Shown: piece after piece, positions 18,548 to 28,689 of the stretch
Layout of the letters: the number at the start of each line of letters is the position of its first letter
How positions within the stretch are numbered: position 1 is the stretch's first letter
NCBI RefSeq assembly: GCF_026626745.1
Contig: NZ_JAPNJW010000002.1
Location: 1,382,151 to 1,446,150 of the forward strand
Direction: 5' to 3'
Length of the DNA stretch: 64,000 bases
Source of the DNA: Nannocystis sp. RBIL2
GTDB taxonomy: Bacteria > Myxococcota_A > Polyangia > Nannocystales > Nannocystaceae
Notes under the pieces: generated by a model
What the model was told of the DNA's origin: nothing
The model's input: only the letters and a program-made list of their open reading frames with translations
Databases searched by the model: none
Made by a program: the position numbers and the translations under genes

Positions 18548-19681
18548 TCACTTCGGCTGCAGCTCGCGGAGCCGCTCCTCCAGCTCCGCCTTCAGCTCCG
18601 GGTCCGTCGCCTTGGCGATCTGCTGCTCGATCAGCTTGACCTGGACCACCCGCAGCGCGTCCTCGGCCGGCACCGCGATGTCGGGTTGCACGCCCACCCC
18701 CTCCCAGTTCGTCTTCGAGACTGGGTTTATCGCCCGGCCCGTCGGCACGAACGCCCGGAAGTGGTCGCCGAGGCGGACCATGTCGCCCGGGTTCGCCCCG
18801 CCCCACGTCACCTCGCCGACGATCGTCGCCCGCTTCAGGTTCTTCAGGTTGTACGCGAACTCCTCCGCCGCCGACCCCGTGCGCGGGCTCGTCAGCACGT
18901 AGACCTCGCGGCCCACGTAGGACTCGCCCGGCACCGGCGACGTCCAGAACTGGCGCGTCTCGTTGGCTGGCCGGAAGTACAGGTCGTTCAGGTGGACCGG
19001 CTCGTCGAACAGATAGCTGCACAGGTACGCCACCATCTCCGGCGATCCGCCCCCGTTGCGGCGCAGGTCGACGATCAGCGCGTCGGTCTCCGCCAAAAAC
19101 GCCATCGCCGCCGACGCCGCCTCGAACCCGCGGCCGGGGAACGCGAACCCGCGCACTTCCAGGTAGCCGATGTTGCCGGGCAGCCGCTCGACCTTCTCGA
19201 ACCCCCCGTTCATGCGGCGCGAGAAGTCCTCGAAGCGAGCCAGCTCCTCGGCCGACGGCTTCCCCTCGGTCTGCTGCGGCGGCAGCGTCTCCTTGCTGAA
19301 GCGGACGTGGAAGTGCGCGTCGCGCAGCACCTCGTTGATGTCGTTCGTCAGCGTCGTCGCCAGCGCGTGGCCCGTCGTGATCTTGTCGTACTCGCCGCGC
19401 TTGCGGCGGGCGCGGATCACCTTGGCCACCTCGTTGGCCTTGGCCGGGAACACGTACTTCGCCGTCAGTTCGCGCGCCAGCGCCTCGACCGCCTCCTCGC
19501 GCTCCGCCGCGGTGATCGGCCCGTCCGGCCCTCTCGGCGGCGGCGCCTTCGGCACTGCCATCTGCGGCCCGCCGGAGCTCGGCGGCGTCGCGGCCGGACT
19601 GGCGACCGCCGCCTTCGCGCAGCCGATCGTGTGCAACGTGGATAGCGCCAACCAACCGAGGATCACTGTCGACAATCGCAT
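18548..19681 (-). CDS. S41 family C-terminal processing peptidase, lipoprotein
   Basis: Lipobox LHTIGCAK and the S41 signature LIVDLRRNGGGS. Confidence 0.8.
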   Translation of the reverse strand: MRLSTVILGWLALSTLHTIGCAKAAVASPAATPPSSGGPQMAVPKAPPPRGPDGPITAAEREEAVEALARELTAKYVFPAKANEVAKVIRARRKRGEYDKITTGHALATTLTNDINEVLRDAHFHVRFSKETLPPQQTEGKPSAEELARFEDFSRRMNGGFEKVERLPGNIGYLEVRGFAFPGRGFEAASAAMAFLAETDALIVDLRRNGGGSPEMVAYLCSYLFDEPVHLNDLYFRPANETRQFWTSPVPGESYVGREVYVLTSPRTGSAAEEFAYNLKNLKRATIVGEVTWGGANPGDMVRLGDHFRAFVPTGRAINPVSKTNWEGVGVQPDIAVPAEDALRVVQVKLIEQQIAKATDPELKAELEERLRELQPK

Positions 19682-19702
19682 CTTCGCCTCACCTCTTCGA
19701 CT

Positions 19703-20275
19703 TCACTTCGCGCCGCGCGTCCGCGCCCGTGCCGGCGCCGGCTTGCCCCGCGCCGGCTTGCCCCGCGTCGGCTTCGCCCGTGCCGACCGCTTCGCCGCGC
19801 GTCGAGCCTCCGCCGCCGGCGCGACCACGCTCTTCAGCAGCAGCGCCGCCATGCGCCGGACCTCGACCTCGACCTTCGCCCGCTCGCCGAGCTCGGCGAC
19901 GCTCAGGCTGAACGGCAGGAACGCATTGGTCGCCTTCACCAGAGTCGACGCAGTCGCCGCCGCGTCCTCGACCTCGAACCGCCCGCACGCCACGCCGGCC
20001 GCCAGCACCCCGGCCACCAGCGCCACCTCGCGCTCCATGTGAGCTGTCCTTCGGGCCATGTACCCCGGCCGCACCGCCTCGAACAGCTCGTCGAGGCTCT
20101 GGCGGTACGCGCTGACGCTGTCGAACCGCCGCAGCACCCGCTCGATCAGCACCGCGCGCAGCACCTCGGCCGGATCGCCGCCCCCGCTCGCCAGCGCCAC
20201 CAGCCGCGCGTACGTCTGCGCCACCACCCGGTCGATCGACGACAGCCCGACCTCTTCCTTGCTCGGGAAGTACCA
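19703..20275 (-). pseudogene. TetR-family regulator lacking its N-terminal HTH (5'-truncated at an integration junction)
   Basis: The TetR ligand domain begins at KWYFPSKEEV. Sequence upstream of that belongs to the integrase 3' end in a different frame, so the HTH is missing. Confidence 0.6.
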
Positions 20276-20276
20276 T

Positions 20277-21326
20277 TTAGTTCGTAAACGTACGTTTAGA
20301 CCGCATCTGGACCACGTTGCCAAGCTTTGCCTGACCTTTGCCAAGTCGAGAGGACCGGGCCTCCAGCGCGGCGATGGCTTGCTTGGCAAGCGCGAGCTTG
20401 TTCACATGGACATAATACAGCAGGGTCGTCTGAAGATCCGAGTGACGGGCAAGAGCCTGAAGCGCGTACGGGCTCTCGCCGGCCTCGGCCAGGTGGGTGA
20501 GCACGGAGTGACGGATCCGGTGCGGCCCGCGGACCTCCACACCGGCCCGGACCTGGATCTTGTTCACGATCCACGCCAGCGCTTGATCCGTGGTGTGAGC
20601 GCGCCGTCCCCTCTTGGGCAGGAAGACGAACTTCACGTCGGGCCGCGTCGCCAGAAGCTCCCGGAGAGCTTCCTTCAGACGGGACGTCAGCGGGATCGTC
20701 CCGACCTCGCCCTTAGGGCTGTCCTGGAAGACACAATGGGAGACGTTCCGCTGGATCGTCATGCCCACGTCCCAGTTGATGTCCGACCACTGGAGGCCGG
20801 CGCATTCACCAATGCGCATGGCGCCGTCCACCAGCAGCAACATCAGGACTCGCTCTTCCAGGTCCTCGGCCGCATCGATCTGCTGCTCAAGCTCCGCCTC
20901 GGTGTAAACGTCCACCTTCTTTTTCTCGGCCTTGGGCCACTTGAGCGACGGAATCGCATGCATGGCTGGGAGCTTCCCCCGCTCCTTCGCCCAGTTAAGG
21001 CAAGCGGTAAGTTTCTGCTCCGCCAGCTCGATTGAACTTCGGACGCATCCACGCTCCATCATCCGCGAGCGAAGGTTCGCAAGATGCTCTTTCGCGATTT
21101 GGTCCGCACGGACCTTGCCCAGCAACGGGCCGAGGTCTTTGCGGTAAATGCTACGGTATCCGGATTGAGTGGAAGCTTTCTGATGGCGAATGTGCTCGTT
21201 GTCGAAGTCGATCCACAATTCGGCCAGCTTGGGGACTCTTTTCTCAGGTTCTTTCTTGTCCTCCTTCTTCTTCTCCGTCGCGTCTGCCTTGGGCGCGCCT
21301 TTGCACGCTTCCAAGAACATCTCCAT
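20277..21326 (-). CDS. int: Tyrosine recombinase / phage-type integrase
   Basis: C-terminal catalytic region with HRIRHS...LARHSDLQTTLLYY (R-H-R-Y). Lower-GC, Lys-rich N-terminus. Confidence 0.85.
   Translation of the reverse strand: MEMFLEACKGAPKADATEKKKEDKKEPEKRVPKLAELWIDFDNEHIRHQKASTQSGYRSIYRKDLGPLLGKVRADQIAKEHLANLRSRMMERGCVRSSIELAEQKLTACLNWAKERGKLPAMHAIPSLKWPKAEKKKVDVYTEAELEQQIDAAEDLEERVLMLLLVDGAMRIGECAGLQWSDINWDVGMTIQRNVSHCVFQDSPKGEVGTIPLTSRLKEALRELLATRPDVKFVFLPKRGRRAHTTDQALAWIVNKIQVRAGVEVRGPHRIRHSVLTHLAEAGESPYALQALARHSDLQTTLLYYVHVNKLALAKQAIAALEARSSRLGKGQAKLGNVVQMRSKRTFTN
20285..20298. other. 14-bp perfect palindrome TAAACGTACGTTTA at the integrase/TetR junction (candidate att core or integrase arm site)
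   Basis: AT-rich palindrome in GC-rich DNA, exactly where TetR homology ends and the integrase gene ends. Confidence 0.4.
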
Positions 21327-21955
21327 CCCACGTTCCTCCGGACCTTACTGTACTGCTGCATCATCTCGTCGGTCAGCCGTCGCTGGCATTCCAGGTGCTC
21401 GGCGAACATCATCGAGCCGAGTTTCAGGATGGCCGCCATGGGCGCGAGCACCGGCTCGGCGGGGCGGACATCGGGGCCGCCGGCGGGCGACGGACCAGCG
21501 CTGGACACGTTTTCGCCACCGAGCTGCCCGATCGTGCCATCGATCCAGAGCCGCTTGCCCGGATAGAGTCGAAGGAACAGCTCTACCGACTCCTGCAACT
21601 TGTCCTTTGGAACATGCACTTCAAGACACGCGCGATCCTGAGCGTCGAGCAACCTCACCCCATGCACGGCAGCAACCTCCGCCCGAACACTGGCACTCGC
21701 GAACGGGTGCGCAAGTGCCTAATTTCGACCACCAACGCCAGTTGGGTGTCGCTTGAGCATCTTCGAGCGGGACCGTGGAGACGCGGTTCATCGCAATTTT
21801 GTGTACGCATTCCTGTGTCGATCGATGGACAGCGCTGCGCCGATTGCTGCACGCATTGCTCCAGCAGAGCTGTACGCGTTGCTTGGCGCATCGCCGCTGG
21901 ACGCTGTATACGTTGCAGTGCACAGTCACCTCGCGCGTGCTAGCCTGAGCCGTCG

Positions 21956-22201
21956 ATGAGGGCGATGGCGTTTGACGAGCAAGGGGGGATGCGGGACGTG
22001 CTCGACATGTTCAAGCACTGGCACGAGTTCTGTCGTGCCACGGCCAAGGGCTTGGCGAGCACCCCGGATGACGAGCTCTTCGTAGTCCGGCAGCTCGGGC
22101 TCCCGAGCAGCCGGGTGCTCGCCGTCGTCGATCCCGAAACCCGGCACAGCCCGTCCCCTCGATCGCCCCCCTCACCACCGCCACCCTGGGCGGCATGTTG
22201 A
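21956..22201 (+). CDS. Hypothetical small protein
   Basis: 81-aa ORF in a lower-GC patch just inside the integrated region. Weak call. Confidence 0.2.
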   Translation: MRAMAFDEQGGMRDVLDMFKHWHEFCRATAKGLASTPDDELFVVRQLGLPSSRVLAVVDPETRHSPSPRSPPSPPPPWAAC

Positions 22202-22827
22202 TAACCTTGCTCGTCTCCCTGTTCGCCCGGGCTTCCTGCGACTTCCAGCTCGCCGGCCCGGTCAGCGAGGCCAGCGAGGCCCCGAGGCTCGTGCAGGCCG
22301 CGCGCAGCGCTCCGTGATCATCGCCGGGCGCCTCGGCTCCCCAGGTCCGAAGCGGGCCACGAGCGCGGGGCGCCTCGCGTGCCAGGTCGGCGGTACATCG
22401 ACCAGTGTGATGCGCGAGCGAGGTATGGACCTCGTCGTGATTACCCGGCGAGCGGCGCTTCCGACAGACTGCCGAAGCCCCGCTTCGCCGAGCTCGACGC
22501 CGAAAGTTCGGCCAGCGGGGCGCACGCCGGTGCGCGTGTCCTGGAAGCCAACCAGCCGACTGGAGCACATCCGTCACGTCCGCCCGCGGGCAGGAACTCC
22601 AGCGACGGGCAGTTCGCTCCGGTGGCCCCGGGGCGCCACGACCCCGGAACGGCGCCACGCGCGAGACAGCCAATCATGGGCCTCGCATCTCGGTGCGCAA
22701 GTACCACCGCCGCCACCGCCACGCATCGGCTGCAGCGGCACCAACGGCTCCCGCCCGTTTCCAGCGGCCCAATCGTGCGCAGGCGGGTTCACCGTCGACG
22801 AGGGGCCTCGACGTTGTACGCCCGCGG

Positions 22828-25800
22828 TCAGCGGCGCCGGCGCCGGCGCAGGCCCAGCAGCGCCAGCCACGGTAACGCCTGGGCCAGCGGGGCCGGGCCG
22901 TCCTCACCGACGACGCAACCACACCCGGCCGAGACGTTGGCCCCGGGCCCGGTGTCCGAGGCTTCGCCGGCCGACGTGCTGCCCTCGGTGGGGTCGGTCG
23001 AGGCGCCGGTGGTCGGCGCCTCTCCGCTCTCGTCCCCGTCGGTGGGGTCCTCGGAGGGGACGCACGAGCCGGCGTCGGGGATCCAGCGCGGAAACGGCGA
23101 GTTGGTGAGACCTGAGATCGAGATGTCGTCGATGTCCCAGCCGGGTGCGCTGTAGGCTCCGTTGGTGCCGACGCGGAAGCGAAGGCGCATCGTCAGCCCC
23201 GCGAGCTTCTTGCCGAGGTTCACGCTCCAAGGCTTGCGCGTCGGGTAGCCATAGCTCTCGCCGACGAAGGCGGGACGTCCGGTCAGCACATTGCCGTTGG
23301 CGCTGATCTCGCCGTTATAGCCGGCCTCTGGGAGGACCAGGTTGAGATCGTGCCAGTTCTCGCCGTCGTCGCTCGAAAGCTCGATCACGCCGCCGTCCCA
23401 CGGATGATCGTTGATGAAGTCGAAGCTGAACGCATGCTCGAAGCTGAGCACGAAGTCCTCGTCCTTCGACACGACCAGCGGCGGCGAGACCAGGCTGACG
23501 TCGCTGTTCGTCGGGATGTCGGCGGCATGCCAGACGTGGCCGGGGCCGTTCCCCATGCGCGACCAGACCAGCTCGCCGAGCTCGCCCTCGACGGTCCACG
23601 GCGTCTCGTCGACCTCGACGTCGTCGCTCGTCGAGCTCGCCATCTGGCGGTCGGCATGGCCTTGACCGCGCAGCAGCAGTTGGCCGGGCGCCTCGCACCC
23701 CTCCGCCCCGTTGACCCGCAGCCGGAGCGCGATGGGCTGCGGCGCGGTCACCGTATCGGCGAGCGCGACCGTGATCTTCACCGTGGTCTTCTCCAGCGGC
23801 GCGAGCTCCGGCAACGCCACCGCGAGCCCGTCGGGAAACACCAGCGCCGGATCGAACTCCGCCACCTCGAGCTTCGATCCGGGCGGGAGCGGCACCATGC
23901 CGGCGTTGAACACCTCGACCTCGACCTGCCCGACCTCGCCGACGTCGAGCACGCCGTCGTGGTCGCACGACGCGAGGTCGTCGCTCAGCTTCGCGGTGAG
24001 CGGGACGCCCCGCCCCCGCACCTCGAAGTCCTCCTTCACGCCCTGGAAGGTCTCCGAGTAGCGCGGCGGCGAGACGGCGCAACTGCCCGCCCCGCGGCGC
24101 GCGAACGCGGCGGCGAACCTCGTCGCGTCCGCCGCGCTGGTCGCCGCGACGGCCATCAGCAGGGCGTCCCGCTGCTCGGTATGGGTCGCGTCCGGCGGCG
24201 CCAGCATCATCGCGGCGACCACGTAGTCGGACATCCGCCGCCGGACCTCGTCGAACGTGAGGTCGCCCTTGTGGGCCTCGTGCAGCGCGACGTAAGCCTC
24301 CCACAACATCGACGCCCACACCTCGCCGGCGTTGTGCTGCTGGCTGTTCGGGCTCGGCGACTTCTTGACCGGGTGGTCGTCCGGCAGCGGCTCGCCGTCG
24401 GCGATGTGGCGGAAGCTCAGGGCGTTTCGCGTCGGGTCGACCGAGTACGGCACGCGCCGAAAGCCGAAGTAGCCGGTCGAGTCGAGATTGGCGTACTGAC
24501 CGATGACGAAGGCCCGGTCGAGGTCGTCGCCCTCGCGCAGGCTCATCAGCAGCGCGTTGAAGTCGCCCCACCCCTCGCTCTGGGCCCGGCCCGCCGCGCT
24601 GCCGGTGAAGGCGAGGCGGTAGTGGAGGAAGTGCCCCCACTCGTGCGCGACCAGCAAGTTGTCAAGGGCGCCGTCTCGATCCGGGCTCGGAGCGCCGGCG
24701 ATGTGCACGGTCTGCTGGCCGAGTTGCAACGCCGCCTCGATCGCGTCACCCGCGGCCTTGCTCGTGCCGACGGCGGGGATCGACGGATCGACGATGTCCT
24801 CCGAGTCTTGGAGCTCGGGCGGGTTGAGGTCGTTGCTGGCGCTGACGAGGACGACTCCGACCGCCCCGGCGGCCTCGGCGGCGGCGACCTTGAACTCGTC
24901 GTCGCAGCCGCCGCGTTTGATCAGCGCGATCTGACCGCTCACGTCGTTCAGCGGCGGATCGCAGCCGTCGCCAGGGTTCACACCGCCGGCGTCGACGACC
25001 TGCACCATCGTCGCCGTCACGTCGAAGTTCTCCGGGCCGAAGCTCGCCGCCCGCGCATTGAACTGCTGGTTCAGCGGCGTCAGCTCGAGGTCCGCCAGCG
25101 CCGCCGGATCGAACAGCAAGATCTCCATCCGCGGCGAGGCGCCGTCGACCGGGGTCCCCATCCAGCCGTTGTTGCGCAGCCCGCTGAAGGTGCCCTCCTG
25201 CGCCTCGACGAGCATCGGGTCGCCCTCGGTCCCACCGCGCCCGAAGTTGTCGGCCTGCGCGTTGCCGGTCGCCTCGGTGAACCCGGACTCGTACCACCAG
25301 TCGTGCTGCCAATTGGCGACGTAGAACAGGTTGACGGCGACCGCCTTCCACTGCGTCTCATTCGCACGCGGGCCGAGGGCGGGGTCGTACACGTGATCGA
25401 ACACGCCGGGCGAGGTCGCCGTGGCGCGGAGCCGATCCCCGGGCTCGGGATTGTCGCGGCTCGGATCGACGTAGGCGTCGACGTTGTTGCCCCGGGTCTC
25501 GGTCGCGGCCGGCGGCAGCCACGGGTCGGGCTCGCCGTCGGGGTTGGTGTTGAAGCCCTCCATCGTGATGAGCGCGGGCTCCGTGAACTTCGTCGGGCCC
25601 TTGCCCGGGACGCCCGTCGGGTGCGGGTTGTAGTCGATCGTCGGGCCGTCGAGCGGCCGCCCGTCTTTTCCGGGCTCGGCCCACGCCCGGTATTGATGGG
25701 AGTGGGCGGTCGCGTCGCGGCGGTATAGGAGCTGGCCGTCGTCGGCGGCGACGATGTATTGATAGAGGTCTTCCTGCCCGTCGAGCGAGGTCTGCAGCTC

Positions 25801-26571
25801 GACGAAGTGCCCCGGCACCAGCCTGTCGCCGAGCGGGAAGTAGACCGGCCGCACGCGCGCGGGCTCGCGGAATCGTAGCCGCCCGCCGGACGTGAGCGCG
25901 TAGTGACGCCATTCGGCCCGCGTCTCCCTCGCCGCGAGCGCGACCTCCCCGATGTCGCCGTGGAGGTCGCGCAGGGCGATGCCGATCGCACGCTCGGCGG
26001 ACAGCGCGAAGGCCGGCGCCCGCCCGGGCAGCGCCGCCGGGTGTGGGGTCCCCGAGATCGCCACCAACCGGCGCGTGCGATCGAGCAGGAGCTTGATGTC
26101 GGCCTGGAACACGTCGACGCCGTCCACGGTCTGCCGCAGCGCGACGATGATCCCGCCGCGCCCGGTGTCGTGGGTGTACAGGTGACGCGCCGCCGCGAGA
26201 GCCGCCCGCGTGACGCCGTAGCTCGGCGCATGGCGCTCGAGATGCGACCGCGCGGCCGCCTCGAGCGACATCGACTGCGGCGATGGCTCGGCGAGCGGGG
26301 TCCACAACAGCGAGGGCGCGCCGCGCCCCGGCTCCCGCGCCACCGCGACCCCCGCGGCGACTGGCGCGGGTGGGGCCGGAGGGACAGACATCGCCGCATG
26401 GAGGTTCGGCAGATCGCGCGCTCGCGCGTCAGCGGAGAGGACGTAGAGGCAAGTCAGGGAAAGAGCAGGAAATAATAAGCGAATGGCCACCCAAACAAAG
26501 AGATGAGTAACGGCGTATTGGTTGATACACCCGCAGCGAGCTGCCGGTGATTTGTCGCACGCCCAATGCAA
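22828..26571 (-). CDS. Secreted M36 (fungalysin-like) zinc metalloprotease with PA domain and MYXO-CTERM sorting tail
   Basis: HEWGHFLHYRL plus SEGWGDF match fungalysin (HEYTHG...EGWSDF). PA-domain insert. C-terminal GCGC, hydrophobic stretch, RRRRRR. The 5' end sits in an unusual low-GC patch, so the start is uncertain. Confidence 0.8.
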   Translation of the reverse strand: MHWACDKSPAARCGCINQYAVTHLFVWVAIRLLFPALSLTCLYVLSADARARDLPNLHAAMSVPPAPPAPVAAGVAVAREPGRGAPSLLWTPLAEPSPQSMSLEAAARSHLERHAPSYGVTRAALAAARHLYTHDTGRGGIIVALRQTVDGVDVFQADIKLLLDRTRRLVAISGTPHPAALPGRAPAFALSAERAIGIALRDLHGDIGEVALAARETRAEWRHYALTSGGRLRFREPARVRPVYFPLGDRLVPGHFVELQTSLDGQEDLYQYIVAADDGQLLYRRDATAHSHQYRAWAEPGKDGRPLDGPTIDYNPHPTGVPGKGPTKFTEPALITMEGFNTNPDGEPDPWLPPAATETRGNNVDAYVDPSRDNPEPGDRLRATATSPGVFDHVYDPALGPRANETQWKAVAVNLFYVANWQHDWWYESGFTEATGNAQADNFGRGGTEGDPMLVEAQEGTFSGLRNNGWMGTPVDGASPRMEILLFDPAALADLELTPLNQQFNARAASFGPENFDVTATMVQVVDAGGVNPGDGCDPPLNDVSGQIALIKRGGCDDEFKVAAAEAAGAVGVVLVSASNDLNPPELQDSEDIVDPSIPAVGTSKAAGDAIEAALQLGQQTVHIAGAPSPDRDGALDNLLVAHEWGHFLHYRLAFTGSAAGRAQSEGWGDFNALLMSLREGDDLDRAFVIGQYANLDSTGYFGFRRVPYSVDPTRNALSFRHIADGEPLPDDHPVKKSPSPNSQQHNAGEVWASMLWEAYVALHEAHKGDLTFDEVRRRMSDYVVAAMMLAPPDATHTEQRDALLMAVAATSAADATRFAAAFARRGAGSCAVSPPRYSETFQGVKEDFEVRGRGVPLTAKLSDDLASCDHDGVLDVGEVGQVEVEVFNAGMVPLPPGSKLEVAEFDPALVFPDGLAVALPELAPLEKTTVKITVALADTVTAPQPIALRLRVNGAEGCEAPGQLLLRGQGHADRQMASSTSDDVEVDETPWTVEGELGELVWSRMGNGPGHVWHAADIPTNSDVSLVSPPLVVSKDEDFVLSFEHAFSFDFINDHPWDGGVIELSSDDGENWHDLNLVLPEAGYNGEISANGNVLTGRPAFVGESYGYPTRKPWSVNLGKKLAGLTMRLRFRVGTNGAYSAPGWDIDDISISGLTNSPFPRWIPDAGSCVPSEDPTDGDESGEAPTTGASTDPTEGSTSAGEASDTGPGANVSAGCGCVVGEDGPAPLAQALPWLALLGLRRRRRR

Positions 26572-27168
26572 CTACATCCCGGAGCGCTGGCAGTCCGGAT
26601 ACGCGGGGATGTAGGCCGGGCAATTTTGTTTCGTCGATTGCAGCGAGCGGAGCCCGACTCCTCACGTCGATGGCGGTGGCGCTCGCAACAGCGCACATCG
26701 CCGGCGGGCGACCGATGATACCGACGCGCGGCGAAGGCGGCACGCCGGCCGCGAGGTCCGCGAGTACGACCACAGGACCAGAACCGCGGTGATGAGCCCG
26801 AGCAGGCCGCGCATCAGACGAACCGTCGCCCACGCCGACGTGTCGCTCGTCGCGTCGGCCATGTCGCCGACGCTGACCATGAACGCGCTGAGACCCAGCG
26901 GGAGCGCGACCAGCCGCGCGCGCGGCCACGGCAGCGTCACCAGGAGACCGACCCACGCCACCATACGGATGCCCGACCCACGTGTTGAGCTGTTCAAGAC
27001 CTCGCGAGACCCTCAGGCGGACAGGAGCAGGGGCGGGCGGTACGGGCGACAACGTGGGAACGAGCGCGGCCGGTCTCTCGGCAAGCGACGCACCGGCGGT
27101 GCTCAGGGCGCGGCGGTCGAGCCCCGCGCGCTCGCAGACGTAGACAGGCCCAGCGGCGCACGCCTACG

Positions 27169-28302
27169 ATGCGCCCGATGAATCTCGACGTATCCGATGT
27201 ATTGCAGCAGGCGCCCTTCGTCGTGCTCCGGATCGACGCCGACGCGCGCATTCTCGACTGGAACGACGAGGCCGGCGCGCTGCTCGGCCTCGACCCCGCG
27301 CGTGACCGCGGCCGGACGCTCGCTGAGCGGGTCCCCGTCGAGGGCGGCGACGTGGCGTGGCGCGGGCTGCTCGGCGCGGCGCGCGGCGCCCGGCGCACCT
27401 GGACCACCCGCCGCGACGATCGCACCTTCACGTGTACCTGGCTCGTGCAGCCGCTGCGCGACCCGACCGGCGCGCCCGCCGGCGCGATGCTCTACGGTCG
27501 TGACGTAAACGTCGAGACCGAGACCGAGCGGCGCATCCACCTCGAGCGTACCGCTCTGCGGGCGATTCTCGACAACCTCGCGCTCTCCGTCTGGATCATC
27601 GACCCGAAGGGCGACTACCTGTTCGCCGAAGGCAAGGGCCTCGCGCACTTCGGGCTCACGCCGGACATGCTCGCCGGCGGCAACATCCTCACGGCCTTCC
27701 CCGACAACCCGGCGACCGAGACGATCCGCGCCGGGCTCTCCGGACAGCACGCGCACTACCCCTCGGTCGAGGCGGGCTACGACTTCGAGAACTGGCAGAT
27801 CCCCGTGCGCGCGCGCGGTGGCGAGGTCACCGCGCTCGTCGGCGTCACCCTCGACGTCACCGAGATGCGACGCAACGAGCGGGAGCTGCAGACCCGCCTC
27901 GAGCAGATCGAGCGTCAGCAACAGGCGATCCGCGAGCTCTCGACGCCGATCATCCAGGTCTGGGACCACGTCCTCACCCTGCCGATCATCGGTCTCGTCG
28001 ACAGCGTGCGCACCGCAGAGATCATGGACAGTCTGCTGCAGGCGGTCGCGCGCTCCCGGGCGCGCTTCGCAATCCTCGACCTGACCGGGGTCGACGTCGT
28101 TGACACCGGCACCGCGAGCCACCTGCTCGGCCTGATCCGCGCGATCCGCCTGCTCGGCGCCGAGGGGATTCTGACGGGCATCCACCCGAACATTGCCCAG
28201 ACCATCGTCGCGCTCGGCTTCGACCTCTCCGGCTTGGTCGTCCGCTCGACGCTGAGCGAGGCGCTCCGGTTCTGCATCGCGCAGATGCAACCGGGCCGCT
28301 GA
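27169..28302 (+). CDS. PAS-PAS-STAS sensor (RsbR-like anti-sigma-factor-antagonist domain protein)
   Basis: Two PAS/PAC segments, then a STAS domain (IIQVWDHVLTLPIIGLVDS...AILDLTGVDVVDTG). Confidence 0.75.
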   Translation: MRPMNLDVSDVLQQAPFVVLRIDADARILDWNDEAGALLGLDPARDRGRTLAERVPVEGGDVAWRGLLGAARGARRTWTTRRDDRTFTCTWLVQPLRDPTGAPAGAMLYGRDVNVETETERRIHLERTALRAILDNLALSVWIIDPKGDYLFAEGKGLAHFGLTPDMLAGGNILTAFPDNPATETIRAGLSGQHAHYPSVEAGYDFENWQIPVRARGGEVTALVGVTLDVTEMRRNERELQTRLEQIERQQQAIRELSTPIIQVWDHVLTLPIIGLVDSVRTAEIMDSLLQAVARSRARFAILDLTGVDVVDTGTASHLLGLIRAIRLLGAEGILTGIHPNIAQTIVALGFDLSGLVVRSTLSEALRFCIAQMQPGR

Positions 28303-28320
28303 GCGTCTGTTCCCCGCCCC

Positions 28321-28560
28321 ATGTCCTGCGGCTCGGTGCATACGAAGATCCGCACCGACGCCGGGATCATCGTCGCCCCTTTAGCACGTCGAGCACGCGC
28401 CCGAGCACGTCGGCTTCGACATGGCCGCGGATCCGCAGCAACACGCGCCCCACCTCGATCTCGAGCACGCCGGCCTCGTTCGTCATCGAGGCGGCGACCT
28501 CCTGCGTCACCTCGACGAAGCCGGTGTCGCCCGAGCCCCGGCCGCGTGCATCGGTCTGTG
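28321..28560 (-). mobile_element. IS66-family relic: tnpB 5' stub and tnpA (orf1) 3' fragment
   Basis: MIPASVRIFVCTEPQDMGRG then a break; upstream is ...GFVEVTQEVAASMTNEAGVLEIEVGRVLLRIRGHVEADVLGRVLDVLKGRR. Matches the intact copy at 51064-51762. Confidence 0.6.
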
Positions 28561-28689
28561 CCGCGTGCAGAGACCATCGTCGCAGGGCACGAGGCACGGA
28601 CACCGGGAGCGATGACGGTGAGGGTGGCGAGACGGGCGGCGAGGTCGGTGAAGCTGTTGGAGCGGCTGAAGTCGCGGCCTCGGGTGGAG

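Noticed and set aside
15863-19655. Antisense ORFs 15863-17041 -, 17084-18406 -, 18447-19655 - and 18518-19645 +
   Set aside because: They lie opposite or out of frame to genes with clear motifs (Zn-ribbon protein, SDR, S41 peptidase).
21059-21667. 202-aa minus-strand ORF upstream of and overlapping the integrase 5' end
   Set aside because: It overlaps the integrase by 89 codons in another frame. Only the first 100 codons could be a real small gene (possible excisionase or regulator), and I could not support that.
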